Assembly (NCBI GenBank): GCA_038209745.1
Contig: JBBQXJ010000041.1
Coordinates: 1-39,770, forward strand
DNA from: Verrucomicrobiota bacterium
Lineage (GTDB): Bacteria; Verrucomicrobiota; Verrucomicrobiia; Limisphaerales; CANJSG01
DNA length: 39,770 nucleotides
Reading direction: 5' to 3'
Made by a program: the position numbers and the translations under genes. This document shows positions 39,633-39,770 of this stretch, piece by piece. The notes under the pieces are model-generated. The model was not told where the DNA came from. It was given only the letters and a program-made list of their open reading frames with translations, and ran no database searches. Position 1 is the first letter of the stretch, and every line of letters begins with the position of its first letter.

Positions 39633-39770
39633 CATCGGCGTCCGAAGGCGGGTGTCATGATGCGGCGTAGAGGGAGGCGAGGCGTGGCACGGCGAGGGCT
39701 TCCGTGAGCCGGTCGCGCAGGGCGTGGCGGAGCCAGCGGAGGAACTTCACGCTGCGCTGGGTGGCCCGCC
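39633..39770 (-). mobile_element. Probable end of an insertion sequence (IS4-family-like), truncated by the window edge
   Basis: Transposase-like C-terminus followed by a 22-nt tail ending GGACGCCGATG (CATCGGCGTCC on +), resembling a CAT-starting terminal inverted repeat; GC rises abruptly at about 39633. The other end is not visible. Confidence 0.55.
39655..39770 (-). CDS. C-terminal fragment of a probable transposase (partial)
   Basis: Manual translation: RATQRSVKFLRWLRHALRDRLTEALAVPRLASLYAAS*. QRSVKFxRWLR is recalled from IS4-type transposase C-termini. Confidence 0.55.
   Translation of the reverse strand, partial: RATQRSVKFLRWLRHALRDRLTEALAVPRLASLYAAS

Noticed and set aside
1..39770. 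CRISPR array, tRNA/rRNA, defence, retron or toxin-antitoxin systems
   Set aside because: No regularly spaced repeats, cloverleafs, or nuclease, reverse transcriptase or toxin motifs seen by eye.

Overview
GC-rich bacterial DNA, most likely PVC superphylum (Verrucomicrobia-like), judged from the DUF1501 plus DUF1549/DUF1553 pair, PEP-CTERM-type proteins, a PVC-style multiheme/PA14 cytochrome and C/A-rich leaders lacking Shine-Dalgarno sites. There are three blocks. (1) 1-6450: secreted or PEP-CTERM proteins, a glycine-zipper protein flanked by two decayed ~143-bp repeats, a stand-alone receiver plus a soluble 3xPAS hybrid histidine kinase, and small proteins. (2) 6590-16591, all minus strand: Tat Gfo/Idh/MocA oxidoreductase, beta-propeller protein, five-heme/PA14 cytochrome c, DUF1501 and DUF1549/1553. 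(3) 17286-39458, all plus strand and tightly packed: PRC-barrel, Dps, two small proteins, class I aldolase, pgm, a 2908-aa cyclic beta-1,2-glucan synthase/phosphorylase, gnd, rpiB, zwf, HAD phosphatase, ackA, a three-gene ABC exporter, then a Met-rich secreted protein. The window ends in the probable 3' end of an IS transposase. The most notable unannotated signal is an 18-bp quasi-palindromic motif (RTnnGGRnAACACCYYAT) found in gene-matched orientation 71-160 nt upstream of six transcription units in blocks 1 and 3, suggesting a stress/stationary-phase regulon. I saw no rRNA, tRNA or CRISPR array. All family assignments are from motif recognition by eye, not database searches.
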